From: Patescibacteria group bacterium
GTDB lineage: Bacteria > Patescibacteriota > Patescibacteriia > Buchananbacterales > UBA6539
DNA length: 64,000 nucleotides
Direction: 5' to 3'
Assembly: GCA_041662625.1 (NCBI GenBank)
Contig: JBAZSB010000001.1
Coordinates: 246,467 to 310,466, forward strand
Positions within the stretch are counted from its first letter, which is position 1. Every line of letters starts with the position of its first letter. The position numbers and the translations under genes are program-made. The notes below the pieces were generated by a model, which saw only the letters and a program-made list of their open reading frames with translations, did not search any database and was not told the DNA's origin. Shown piece after piece: positions 9,071 through 18,347 of the stretch.

Positions 9071-11596
9071 TTAAGCGGCAGGAGCAGCGTCAGTCGGCGC
9101 TGGTGGCGCTGGATCAGGACCGGGAGCGGACTCTACTGGCGCGGGCGGCTCAACCGTAATCGCCGGCTCCGGCTCAAGGGCCGGATTTTGTTCGCTTAAT
9201 TCCGCCGGGGTATCCGGAATATTTTCCGTAGTATCAGCCGGCTGGTCGTTAGAATCGCCGGTTTCATTGCTAAAATTGTCTGCGGGATTATCAGCGGGCA
9301 GCTCAGGTTCAGTCACCAAACCGGTATGATCAGCTGGATCAGTAATAGTAGTTTCTTCTTCCGGCACGGTTGTTTCCAAAGGTGTATCAGTTGGTGGTTC
9401 AGCTACTGTTTCAGCCGCCTCCTGACCGGAATTATCACCAGTATTTCCCGAATCGGCCGGGATCTCAATGGCTGGCTCGGTATTACCGGTATCGGCCGGC
9501 GGATCAGTATTTTCCGGGGTAGTTGTTGCTTCATCTTGTGTTATTATAGGCGTTTCAAAAATCGATGGCTCTTCAATCGGGAACAACTCCATCCCTTCTG
9601 GCAGCAAGCCCAAAAATCTCAGCATTTCTATTTCTTCGGGCAAAAGCAAACCGTAATCAATGGGCGGACAAAAATCTTGGTCTGATTGATCCCAGGCCTG
9701 AACCATAAAGTTTTCCGGCCCATGGGCCACCACCTTAACTCTGGCTGTATGCGAAGGCGCATAATAACAACCGCCATTACCGTCATCAAAGCAAAGCGGC
9801 ACCCGGAAATCATAAGTTCCGCTATTATTGATTCCTCTCACGACATTACCCCAAGTGGCACCACTATCTTTGGAATACCAAAGGTCAATAGTTAAAGCGG
9901 AATCAGGGCCGTTAGGATTGGTTGCGGTCCAGCTTATATTATGGGTTCGGCCCACCCACCAAATTTCGCCGCCATTAGGCGATAAAACCGTAACTTGGGG
10001 CAAACCTAAATCGATGAAATCCGACGGCTGATCCGTATCAAGACCCAAAGGCACTCGGCCCAGCATATGGCCTTCTGTCACATCCGTGCAGCCAGGATCC
10101 CAAACGTTTAAATTGTAGTTTGGCCAATCTGAATCAGGCGCGCCCCAGTTCATCTGATCAATAATTTTGCCGGCGGGATTTTTTAAAATAAGCATGTCGG
10201 CGGTGTTGTTGAGGCTATTGCCGATTGGGCTACTTAAAACAATTCTGGTAACACCAGTGGGAATTTCCCAATAATTCCAGGTAGTATCTTGATTAGTAAT
10301 AATGGCAAAGCCGCCGGCGGGAATTAGAGTAGAATCTGGTAAAATATCGCAAGCGTTATTGTCGCAAATTTTCCAATTTGATAAATCAACAGAACCAGAG
10401 GCCGGATTATAAAGTTCAATCCACTCGTTGTCAGCTTCATCACCGTGGCTTGAATCCACATCATAATAAACTTTATTTATGGCCACATAACTCCAGTCAC
10501 CGGAGGAAACCGTATCAGCAATTGTTTCTTCATCGGTAAAACCTTGGCTTTCGTTGGTAAAATCCGTCTGCCAACCAAAAACAGTATATTTGAATTCGCA
10601 GGTTTTATTTTGCAGTGAAGAAGGCGCATCAGCTGGCAAGCCGATATCTAGCTGCCATTCATTGGTTAAAATTGAAAAGATGCTTGGCGTGTAAGTAAAA
10701 TCCAGTAAATTTCCCGAGTATACTAAAGTTCCGTTAAGGTAAGCATCAACATCAAGGGCTTGGCAAAAATCAGTGTCGCCTGATGTTTGTTCGATATTCA
10801 TCTGATATTGAAAATTCAAAAGGCCGATATTAATAATATCAATCCACCGCCCGACAGATTCGTCAGGTGTTATTTTTCGGGTTAGGCCGTCATCAAATTT
10901 GTTATTAATTTCATCAATGCAGCCATTGATAACCGACGGACTGAAAACGCTTAGTTGTCCGGCTAATATATTATTGGCTTCAGTCAAAACTTCGCCGGCC
11001 GTCATGTCTTCGCACGGACTGGCTGGTTCGTTGGCATAATAATTTTCCAGCGTGCTGGTGTTGACGCTAAAATTGGGATCATAAACGTCAAAGCCGAGGT
11101 TAAGCGTTAGGGCAACAACTTGGCCGGCCAAGACTCCGGCTTCGGTATCAGTCGGGTTTTCATGGTTTTGCGAAAATGGCGCCGGTGGTCCCCCGCTTGG
11201 CAAAAAATTTTCTATATCCGCGCTGGTTGCAAAATGGGCAGAATAGCCAAACCCCCCGCCGATAGTCAAACCAGTGGGAAAGGCCAGATCAAAATTAGCG
11301 TCGCGGTAAACGGCTGGGTTATCACCATGAGCAGAGGCTCCCCAACCGCCTTGGGTTTGGGTGCGAAAGCCGTCTGAGCGGGTAAAATCCAAAGAAAAAT
11401 CCAGGGTACTGGCGGTAAAATTACCATCTGAAGTTTCCAAATCGTTATAATAGGCAATGGTCTGACCAATTGCCGAAAGTCCGGTCCAATTAAGGCCAAA
11501 CAATAACAAAATCGCTACTACTTTTAATAATGGTTTTTTTACCAAATCAAAATTAGTTTGTTTTTTCTGGATTTTTCTTTTTCTTGATTTCCGCAT
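9071..11596 (-). CDS. SipW-type TasA-like protein with lamin-tail domain, Ig-like (SPNGGE) domain and acidic Pro-rich tail
   Basis: GQTIA-YYNDLETSDGNFTASTLDF; VAINKVYYD..EWIELYNP..VDLSNWKI (lamin-tail); VTVLSPNGGEIWWVG..ISW. Confidence 0.75.
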   Translation of the reverse strand: MRKSRKRKIQKKQTNFDLVKKPLLKVVAILLLFGLNWTGLSAIGQTIAYYNDLETSDGNFTASTLDFSLDFTRSDGFRTQTQGGWGASAHGDNPAVYRDANFDLAFPTGLTIGGGFGYSAHFATSADIENFLPSGGPPAPFSQNHENPTDTEAGVLAGQVVALTLNLGFDVYDPNFSVNTSTLENYYANEPASPCEDMTAGEVLTEANNILAGQLSVFSPSVINGCIDEINNKFDDGLTRKITPDESVGRWIDIINIGLLNFQYQMNIEQTSGDTDFCQALDVDAYLNGTLVYSGNLLDFTYTPSIFSILTNEWQLDIGLPADAPSSLQNKTCEFKYTVFGWQTDFTNESQGFTDEETIADTVSSGDWSYVAINKVYYDVDSSHGDEADNEWIELYNPASGSVDLSNWKICDNNACDILPDSTLIPAGGFAIITNQDTTWNYWEIPTGVTRIVLSSPIGNSLNNTADMLILKNPAGKIIDQMNWGAPDSDWPNYNLNVWDPGCTDVTEGHMLGRVPLGLDTDQPSDFIDLGLPQVTVLSPNGGEIWWVGRTHNISWTATNPNGPDSALTIDLWYSKDSGATWGNVVRGINNSGTYDFRVPLCFDDGNGGCYYAPSHTARVKVVAHGPENFMVQAWDQSDQDFCPPIDYGLLLPEEIEMLRFLGLLPEGMELFPIEEPSIFETPIITQDEATTTPENTDPPADTGNTEPAIEIPADSGNTGDNSGQEAAETVAEPPTDTPLETTVPEEETTITDPADHTGLVTEPELPADNPADNFSNETGDSNDQPADTTENIPDTPAELSEQNPALEPEPAITVEPPAPVESAPGPDPAPPAPTDAAPAA

Positions 11597-12071
11597 AAAT
11601 TTTTCTGGCTTCGTCGAAAATTATAGCTAAGGCCGGCACGATGATTATTAGCAGGAATCCCAGCGGTTTTCTGGCAAAATCAACGGCATAACCGGCAAAG
11701 GGAACGGAAAACAGAACTTTGCCGTGAATCTCGGCTGGCGTAACCTCTCTGGTATCTGGCGCGTTATTAGCGTCGCCCTTGGTGATATAAATCGGCTTAC
11801 CTTCCTGAACGCGAATGTCATTAATCCGGTGGGTAATCGGCGTTTGGGTTTTACCGATTTTGCCGAAAGTAATGATGTCGCCGATCTGATAATTAGTTGC
11901 CGGCTTTACCATTACAATACTGCCGGTATGAATTGCCGGCTCCATTGAACCGGAAAGCACAGTCAGAACCTTGAAATTACCGGTCAGGGGCAAAATCGAA
12001 ATCACCAAAAGCAAGGCGATCGCCGCAATCAGCGCAATAAATATGTAATAAACAACTTTAAAGATTTTCAT
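11553..12071 (-). CDS. sipW: Signal peptidase I, SipW/S26B (ER/archaeal) type
   Basis: VLSGSMEPAI, ITHRI (Ser/His dyad), TKGDANNAPD, N- and C-terminal TM helices. Confidence 0.93.
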   Translation of the reverse strand: MKIFKVVYYIFIALIAAIALLLVISILPLTGNFKVLTVLSGSMEPAIHTGSIVMVKPATNYQIGDIITFGKIGKTQTPITHRINDIRVQEGKPIYITKGDANNAPDTREVTPAEIHGKVLFSVPFAGYAVDFARKPLGFLLIIIVPALAIIFDEARKIYAEIKKKKNPEKTN

Positions 12072-12095
12072 GGATTTTCATGGATTATTTTATTC

Positions 12096-14111
12096 TTACC
12101 AGCCAAAATCTGGTAAATCTGGTGGCCAATCAATTGTACAAGTCGGATAATTTAGTCCCGGCATATAGCAAATACAGCCGGTTTGACCGGTATTGGGATC
12201 ACAATATCCATACGATGAACTTGTGCAAGTAGGCAGGATTGTAGGATTATGCGCACAACCAGCTATGCCGCAAATGTCGGCTGTACAGGCGTTACTGTCA
12301 TCGCAATTATTCGGACAATTTGGATTGAGGTTGCAGCTGACTACGCCGGCGCTGCAAGTACCGCTAAATGTGCATTGTAAAGAAACTAAGCTCACATGCT
12401 GGCAAATGGTTGCCGAGCAGGAATCAGCAGTACAGCTGTTATTGTCATTACAATCGGCACTGGAAGTGCAGCCGCCCGGAGGAATTAGTGGCGCAATGCA
12501 TGCTCCAATTGCGCTGCAGGTATATCCGTTGCAACCGCCGCCTAACATACAGGTTAAATTTGAGCACGATGCGCCCACATTGGGACTTGCCTCGTAAACA
12601 CAGCCCCACATGTCTCCGCCCGCGCCGATGCAAGTCGATAATAGACAGGAATTCATCGCCTGGCTAGCGCATATATTATTACTCGGCGTATGAACGCAGC
12701 TGCCATTCACGCAAGTATCAACAGTGCAAGCTACGCCATCATTATTACAATCGTTATTACTTGTACATTCAGGCGCTGGTGGCAGACAATCGGCCGCACA
12801 GGTGGCAGTCGTTTCCGAAGGCGAGCAAGTGCCATCCGGACAGACCGGGTTACAATCTAAACTATTTAGAAAACAACCATAATCAGCGCAATCGATTTGG
12901 CCATCACCTTCATTGTCTATACCGTCATGGCAGTTAGTTTCCGGGCTGCAAACGCCATCTTCATCAGTTGCGCCATCACAGTCATTATCAAATGAATCAC
13001 AAGCTTCCACACCGTTGTTTGTCGGGGTGCAATCACTGCAATTATTATCAGTACTACCGTCGCAATCATCGTCTAAGCCATTGTCACAGATTTCAGTTCC
13101 GGCTTGATTATTTTGCGTACATTGAAGCGCCCCGCCAGTACAAGTTAAAGTTCCAGCTGAACAAACACCCGATAAGCCCGTGTTGCACACGCTTCCGCCG
13201 CCTGGATTTCCTTCATCAACAACTTGGTCGCAATCATCATCTAGGCCATTACAGACTTCTGTGGTTGGCGTGCAAGTGGGCTCGCATGCTAAATCGCTGC
13301 CGTTACAATCTTCATCAATATCATTGCCGCAGATTTCGGTTGTCGGAGAGCAGCCGCCGGTAGCGTTACAAACAAATTGGGGCAAATTTCTGGCTTGAAC
13401 CGCGGTAAAGATAATATCCGCTAGTAAACTGTCAGTTTGGATTTCATTGCCGGTGGCCAAAGGCACATTCCATTTAACGCCCAAACAATGAGTAGTGCCG
13501 CCTTGCATTGGCGCGCCTAAAGATGAATCGGCAATCGGCCAGTAACCCGCCTGGACGGTCTGGTTTTGAATTACATAAGTTTCGTCTTCATCTTTGATAT
13601 TATTACAATTATGCTCACCGGCTCCGTTATCGTTCCAAATTGTGAAAAATAAATTATTTTGCAGTTCACCTTCGCCCGCGCCGCAGGTGGAGTCAACCTT
13701 GTTTTCCGGACTGTCGCAACCGTTGTCATCTTTAACTAAATTGGCAATTTCGGCGCACATCCAGGCGTCATTATTATCCACGTGCAAGCTGATAGTGTCT
13801 TCACCACTATCCCCGGGCTTAACATCCAAAAGATTAAAATAAAGTTCACCATTCAAATCTTTGGCTGACCAGGTACAGAAACATTCCTCTTGTGTCCCCT
13901 GCCAGAAATACTTTCCTGATCCGCTCGGATCTAAAATGCAAACTTTGCCGTTGTAATGGCAGGTGTTATCAATTTGTAAATTGAATTTTCCGGCTTTAAA
14001 AGTATTTCCGACTGAGCTTTCGGTGTCGGAAAAATAGGCAATGGTTCCGCCAATGGCAATGGCAGCCACAATTGCGATGACACCGAGACTGATTACGATT
14101 TTTTTCTTCAT
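12096..14111 (-). CDS. TasA-family SipW substrate with C-terminal MopE-type and CTDC-type Cys-rich repeats
   Basis: GGTIA-YFSDTESSVGNTFKAG; DVKPGDSGEDTISLHV; GNEIQTDSL; EVCNGLDDDCD; CNDNNSCTADSC. Confidence 0.85.
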   Translation of the reverse strand: MKKKIVISLGVIAIVAAIAIGGTIAYFSDTESSVGNTFKAGKFNLQIDNTCHYNGKVCILDPSGSGKYFWQGTQEECFCTWSAKDLNGELYFNLLDVKPGDSGEDTISLHVDNNDAWMCAEIANLVKDDNGCDSPENKVDSTCGAGEGELQNNLFFTIWNDNGAGEHNCNNIKDEDETYVIQNQTVQAGYWPIADSSLGAPMQGGTTHCLGVKWNVPLATGNEIQTDSLLADIIFTAVQARNLPQFVCNATGGCSPTTEICGNDIDEDCNGSDLACEPTCTPTTEVCNGLDDDCDQVVDEGNPGGGSVCNTGLSGVCSAGTLTCTGGALQCTQNNQAGTEICDNGLDDDCDGSTDNNCSDCTPTNNGVEACDSFDNDCDGATDEDGVCSPETNCHDGIDNEGDGQIDCADYGCFLNSLDCNPVCPDGTCSPSETTATCAADCLPPAPECTSNNDCNNDGVACTVDTCVNGSCVHTPSNNICASQAMNSCLLSTCIGAGGDMWGCVYEASPNVGASCSNLTCMLGGGCNGYTCSAIGACIAPLIPPGGCTSSADCNDNNSCTADSCSATICQHVSLVSLQCTFSGTCSAGVVSCNLNPNCPNNCDDSNACTADICGIAGCAHNPTILPTCTSSSYGYCDPNTGQTGCICYMPGLNYPTCTIDWPPDLPDFGW

Positions 14112-14296
14112 AGATTTTTGCTGATTGAAAATTTAAATTAAAATATTTGGTGGCTGCCTTAGTCTCACTAGGGCAGCCTTTACCCCCACACCAAATAAGT
14201 CTAGTGCATTTTAAACTTATTTAGTGTAGGGGAAAATCCCCTAAGCACTCCCCCTTTCACCAAAAATAATTGGTGTGGGGGTAAATATTTCAAGTA

Positions 14297-15586
14297 TTAG
14301 TAGTCTAAGTCTTGAATCGGAGGCAGAGCTACACTATCACAACTGAAGTTTTCGTTGTTTCTTTGCTGAGTGGCATACAAAACAATGTCAGCAAGCAGTT
14401 GATCTGTTTGCGCGTTGTTTTGATTACCGCTACCCGAGCATGAAATAGTTCCGTCCAAAGCAACTGTTTGAGTTCCAACACACCAGGCAATTCCCAAATT
14501 ACCAGAGCCATTTGCCAAAATCGGTAATCTGCCAATTGCTGGAAGAGTATCAAACGGCCCATTATATAGGAGTGGTGACTCTGTACCCGGTTCATATACT
14601 CCATCGCCATCATCTTCCCAAACAACTAGATTAAGGTATTGAGACAATTCTCCTGGTTCACCGGTATCTCCTGAAGCTGTTTCCGGTTCAGCTAAGCTGT
14701 TCTCTAAATTCTGCTCATTATTTACCAGCATACAAACATAAGCGTCATTGCTTTCAACATGCAGAGAAATTACATTAGTTCCCCAGTCGCCCGGTTTAAC
14801 ATCACCGAAATTCCAGAAAGTGTCGCCTAAGCCGAGATCTCTCTCACCCCAAAGCGTACAAATGCCGCCGCCTTCGAACTGGCTGGTGCAGTTAAGTTCC
14901 ATAACGCTGATATCATCCAAATATCCGCCGTAGGAATTATTGGTCCCTAAATCGGAAAACATCACTTTTGTGGCAGCATCGGTGGCAATAAAGTTATAGG
15001 TATATGCTGTCCAAACCGTATTTGAACCGCCGGCAGAAGCTGCGCCAATGGTGTCATTTACCAAAATGGTGCTGTCGCTCACGACTTTGACTATGGCGCC
15101 AATGGTGTTATCGCCAGCCGGACGATTCGGGCGGGGCGAATACCAAAAGGTCAGGCGGTACTGCTGGCCGGCAACTGTTGTTAAAGTTTGGGAAATAGCA
15201 GATGAATTATTACTGTCTAATTCCGCTAACTGGCTGCCGCCATGTGGCGCACCCGCGGCGTTGTCCTGGATTTCTAGACCCGCGCCAGATTCCACTGTCC
15301 AAGAAGTTAGGCTGGCATCAGGATAAATTGCCCAACCGCCTGATGGCACGTTTGGCGTCTCAAAGCCGCCATTTAAAATAAGATTACTGCCAGTCTCTAC
15401 ACAAATGCCCACACAATTATGGCCATTATAGGTCTGTTTGGTGTGATCGACTTTTAAGTCAATCGAACCGGCGGTAAAGGTATTACCGCTGGAAATTTCC
15501 GTGTCGCTGAAATAAGCCACGGTTGCCCCGATTGCCAAAGCGGCGACGACCGCGATGACACTCAAGCTTAGTACGATTTTCTTCAT
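14297..15586 (-). CDS. TasA-family SipW substrate with inserted DUF642-like (carbohydrate-binding-like) domain
   Basis: GATVA-YFSDTEISSGNTFTAGSIDL; NLILNGGFETP..ISQTLTTVAGQQYRLTF..GGYLDDISV; DVKPGDWGTNVISLHV. Confidence 0.85.
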   Translation of the reverse strand: MKKIVLSLSVIAVVAALAIGATVAYFSDTEISSGNTFTAGSIDLKVDHTKQTYNGHNCVGICVETGSNLILNGGFETPNVPSGGWAIYPDASLTSWTVESGAGLEIQDNAAGAPHGGSQLAELDSNNSSAISQTLTTVAGQQYRLTFWYSPRPNRPAGDNTIGAIVKVVSDSTILVNDTIGAASAGGSNTVWTAYTYNFIATDAATKVMFSDLGTNNSYGGYLDDISVMELNCTSQFEGGGICTLWGERDLGLGDTFWNFGDVKPGDWGTNVISLHVESNDAYVCMLVNNEQNLENSLAEPETASGDTGEPGELSQYLNLVVWEDDGDGVYEPGTESPLLYNGPFDTLPAIGRLPILANGSGNLGIAWCVGTQTVALDGTISCSGSGNQNNAQTDQLLADIVLYATQQRNNENFSCDSVALPPIQDLDY

Positions 15587-15688
15587 AGTTTTTGTTGATT
15601 TATTAATTTTTAAAATAATTATTTAAAACCTTTATCGGTTGCCTTAGCGAGGCTAAGGCAACCTAAAAGATTTCTAGTATTATCGGTT

Positions 15689-16960
15689 TTAGTTCAGTAG
15701 TAGAGTTGTGCTGGCACAACTGAAATTCTCGTTGTTTCTTTGCTGTTCTGCATAAGCGGTAAAGGAAGCAGACAGAATGTCAGTTTGGGCAATATCACCC
15801 ATACTGGAACCATCGCAAAGAATATTATTACCGCTCAAACTCTGCGTTCCGGCACACCAGGCAAAGCCAATATATTGGGTATTGGATGCCACAAGCGATA
15901 TATTACCTATTGCCGTATTGAAGGAGGCGTTTGGTCCGGTGATTACTGTTTCACCTTCGTATACGCCATTACCGTCGTCTACCCAGGCAAAAACCTTGAT
16001 AAACTGCGAAAGCTCTCCGACTACGGAATTGATATTATCACCCGCGGTAATTTCCGGATCAACAACGGTTTCTTCTACGTCAACAATGTCGCTGGTGATT
16101 AAACAAGCATAAGCGTCATTGTTGTACACGTGCAGGCTGATAAGATTCGTTCCTCGGTCACCAGGTTTGACATCGTCAAAGCTGAAGAATTTTTCATTGG
16201 TCAAATCTTTTTCGCCCCAAAGCTGACAATGAGCTTTGTAGTAGTTATCCTGGCAATTCCCGCTAATGAAGAACTTATAAATAAGTCCGCCGGGATTGTT
16301 GAACGGCGTACCGGGCGGATTTAACAAAGCCCAGTTTTTAACTTCAAAGGTGAGAACATTTGTGCCTTGCACGATATAGCTGTTGACCAATGCTCCGGGA
16401 ATATGAAGCATGTTTCCCTGCCGATAACCAAACTCCATGGTATTTTCGGCAATTAGTGTACCGTTTAGCCAAATTTTGATGCTGTTATCAGAACCGACGC
16501 CAAACCAGAGGTCAGATGAAAGAATCGGACCATACCACTCAAATGTCTTTTCAAAAGTGTAAGTGACATCCGAAGTGGTATCTTCTTGTCTGGTTGGGTC
16601 TGATTCCCAGATCCATTTAGCGCCCGCGGCTACTAAGTCGGGGTCATTTTGCGCTGTCCAGGCTGAATGGATGAAGAAAGGCGTAAGGCTGCCAACAAAC
16701 ACCGCGGGATATGGAGTAACTGAAACTCCGTTTCTTTTAACCACGATGTTGCTCGGGTTGCTTATTAAGGTGAGGTTGCAAGTATTGCAATCAACATCAT
16801 TATAAGTCTGCCGCAAGTGATCCACTTTCAAATCCATGGTGCCGGCAACTAAGATATTGCCAGCTGAAGTCTCCGTATCATTGAACAAAGCCACAGTTGC
16901 TCCAATTGCTACTGCCGCAACTATTCCGATAACACTCAAGCCGAGTATTATTCTTTTCAT
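15689..16960 (-). CDS. TasA-family SipW substrate with inserted beta-sandwich/lectin-like domain
   Basis: GATVA-LFNDTETSAGN..AGTMDL; AKWIW..SDNSIKIWLNG..GTNVLTFEVKN..NPGGL; DVKPGDRGTNLISLHV. Confidence 0.85.
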   Translation of the reverse strand: MKRIILGLSVIGIVAAVAIGATVALFNDTETSAGNILVAGTMDLKVDHLRQTYNDVDCNTCNLTLISNPSNIVVKRNGVSVTPYPAVFVGSLTPFFIHSAWTAQNDPDLVAAGAKWIWESDPTRQEDTTSDVTYTFEKTFEWYGPILSSDLWFGVGSDNSIKIWLNGTLIAENTMEFGYRQGNMLHIPGALVNSYIVQGTNVLTFEVKNWALLNPPGTPFNNPGGLIYKFFISGNCQDNYYKAHCQLWGEKDLTNEKFFSFDDVKPGDRGTNLISLHVYNNDAYACLITSDIVDVEETVVDPEITAGDNINSVVGELSQFIKVFAWVDDGNGVYEGETVITGPNASFNTAIGNISLVASNTQYIGFAWCAGTQSLSGNNILCDGSSMGDIAQTDILSASFTAYAEQQRNNENFSCASTTLLLN

Positions 16961-16987
16961 ATCGGTTTAATGATTATTGCGGGTTAA

Positions 16988-17719
16988 TTAGGATTGGAAA
17001 GGATTTGGATTATTTCTGTACTGTTCAACTTGGAATTCCATTGTTGCACTCATGCTATCATTCTGGACTTCATTGCCAACTGTGGTTGGTAAATTCCAGG
17101 TAATCCCAAAACAGACGGTTTGATCACCTAATACAGGAGTTGGCAAGGTCCAAGTTTCACCGTTAGCATCAATGGTTCCAGCAGAAATCAATTCAACATC
17201 GCTTTCATTTAGAATGTTATCACAATTACCATCTGCAAAAACGGTAAATATGAGATTTTCTCTTAACTCACCGGACGTTAAGCCATCAGTATCTACGCTT
17301 GCTTCCGGTTCGGTAAGCGTATTGTCATTATCGGTAACATCATCAATAACTAATCTCAACCAGGCATCATTATTATTGACGTGTAAGCTTATAGTGTTTT
17401 CTCCAGAATCACCTGGCTTAAGATCGGAGAAATTAAAGAATTTCTGAACGCCTAAATCAGTTGCTGTCCAAGTGCCATCGCAAAGAGTTCCTGGTACTGG
17501 GTAAATATCAGTTCCTTGCCATACATATACCTCTTGGTCATTAAGAGCACAAACATTTCCGTTGTAATGCTGGGTACTATCAACTGTTAAATCAATTGCT
17601 CCAGCAGTAAAAGTATTACCAGCTGAAGTTTCGGTGTCGCTGAAGTAAGCAACGGTTGCGCCAATGGCAATCGCGGCCACAATGGCAATCGCGCTTACGC
17701 TAATTAGAATTTTTTTCAT
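16988..17719 (-). CDS. TasA/CalY-family minimal subunit (candidate major filament protein)
   Basis: GATVA-YFSDTETSAGNTFTAGAIDL; DLKPGDSGENTISLHV; WNLPTTVGNEVQND; first gene of the cluster. Confidence 0.88.
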   Translation of the reverse strand: MKKILISVSAIAIVAAIAIGATVAYFSDTETSAGNTFTAGAIDLTVDSTQHYNGNVCALNDQEVYVWQGTDIYPVPGTLCDGTWTATDLGVQKFFNFSDLKPGDSGENTISLHVNNNDAWLRLVIDDVTDNDNTLTEPEASVDTDGLTSGELRENLIFTVFADGNCDNILNESDVELISAGTIDANGETWTLPTPVLGDQTVCFGITWNLPTTVGNEVQNDSMSATMEFQVEQYRNNPNPFQS

Positions 17720-17791
17720 AGTTTTTTATTATTCTTTCTTATCCCCCACCACTTTTTATTATTAAACGAAAGTAGTGAGAGAGTTTATTAA

Positions 17792-17934
17792 GTAACTTAC
17801 CCTATCATTTAAGACAGGGCCTTGCCCTTTTTTGATGGGGCAAGCCACTTAATCTAATCTCGGTTACGACCCGAGAACGTCGACCTTTATCCGCCTAAAT
17901 TTTGGCGGATTAATTATTTTATTAGGTAAGTTAC
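17792..17934 (-). promoter_or_regulatory. Multi-hairpin structured 5' leader element
   Basis: 10-bp closing stem (17792-17801 / 17925-17934) enclosing four hairpins. Confidence 0.55.
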
Positions 17935-17959
17935 AACTTGTTATTTAATTTCTCAAGGA

Positions 17960-17990
17960 ACAAAAAAATCTCTACCAATCGAGCAGAGAC
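17960..17990 (-). terminator. Intrinsic terminator-like hairpin inside the leader
   Basis: Minus strand GUCUCUGC-ucgauug-GUAGAGAU followed by a U-tract. Confidence 0.55.
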
Positions 17991-18249
17991 TTAATATATA
18001 TAAATTTTTTATTGTTGAAATCTGGCAATTACAGCAATGCTTCCCAATTTGCCAATAAAGATATTCTTTTGTGCTTTTATTACCCATGTCTTAATTCTTA
18101 AATTAAAATAAAAAACCAATTTCTAACCCCCTATTTTTCACCCCCTTTGCTTTTTGAAGCTTTTATGCCCGTCTTTGGCAGGTTAAATTTGGTTTTTGGT
18201 TTTTTCTTTTTTGTCGATTTTAGCTTAATGAAAGTAAAATCTCCCCCTT

Positions 18250-18278
18250 AGCTTATCAAAAATATTTTTTATTAGCAA
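18250..18278 (-). promoter_or_regulatory. Putative sigma70 promoter of the TasA/SipW cluster
   Basis: TTGCTA-17 nt-TAAGCT with extended TG. Confidence 0.5.
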
Positions 18279-18347
18279 TAGCTATCGAGCCTGATTTATC
18301 CACACTTTAAAAACTATTTGGTCACCCTAATTTTTAAAACAAAACTA

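Noticed and set aside
291-17447. Many short plus-strand and alternate-frame ORFs over the surface-protein cluster
   Set aside because: Shadows of long minus-strand genes, with no motifs or RBS
12096-17719. Diversity-generating retroelement acting on the TasA paralogs
   Set aside because: No reverse transcriptase, and no template/variable repeat pair with adenine-specific differences was seen
17720-18250. c-di-GMP or another known riboswitch in the leader
   Set aside because: No recognisable consensus by eye; kept only as an unassigned structured leader
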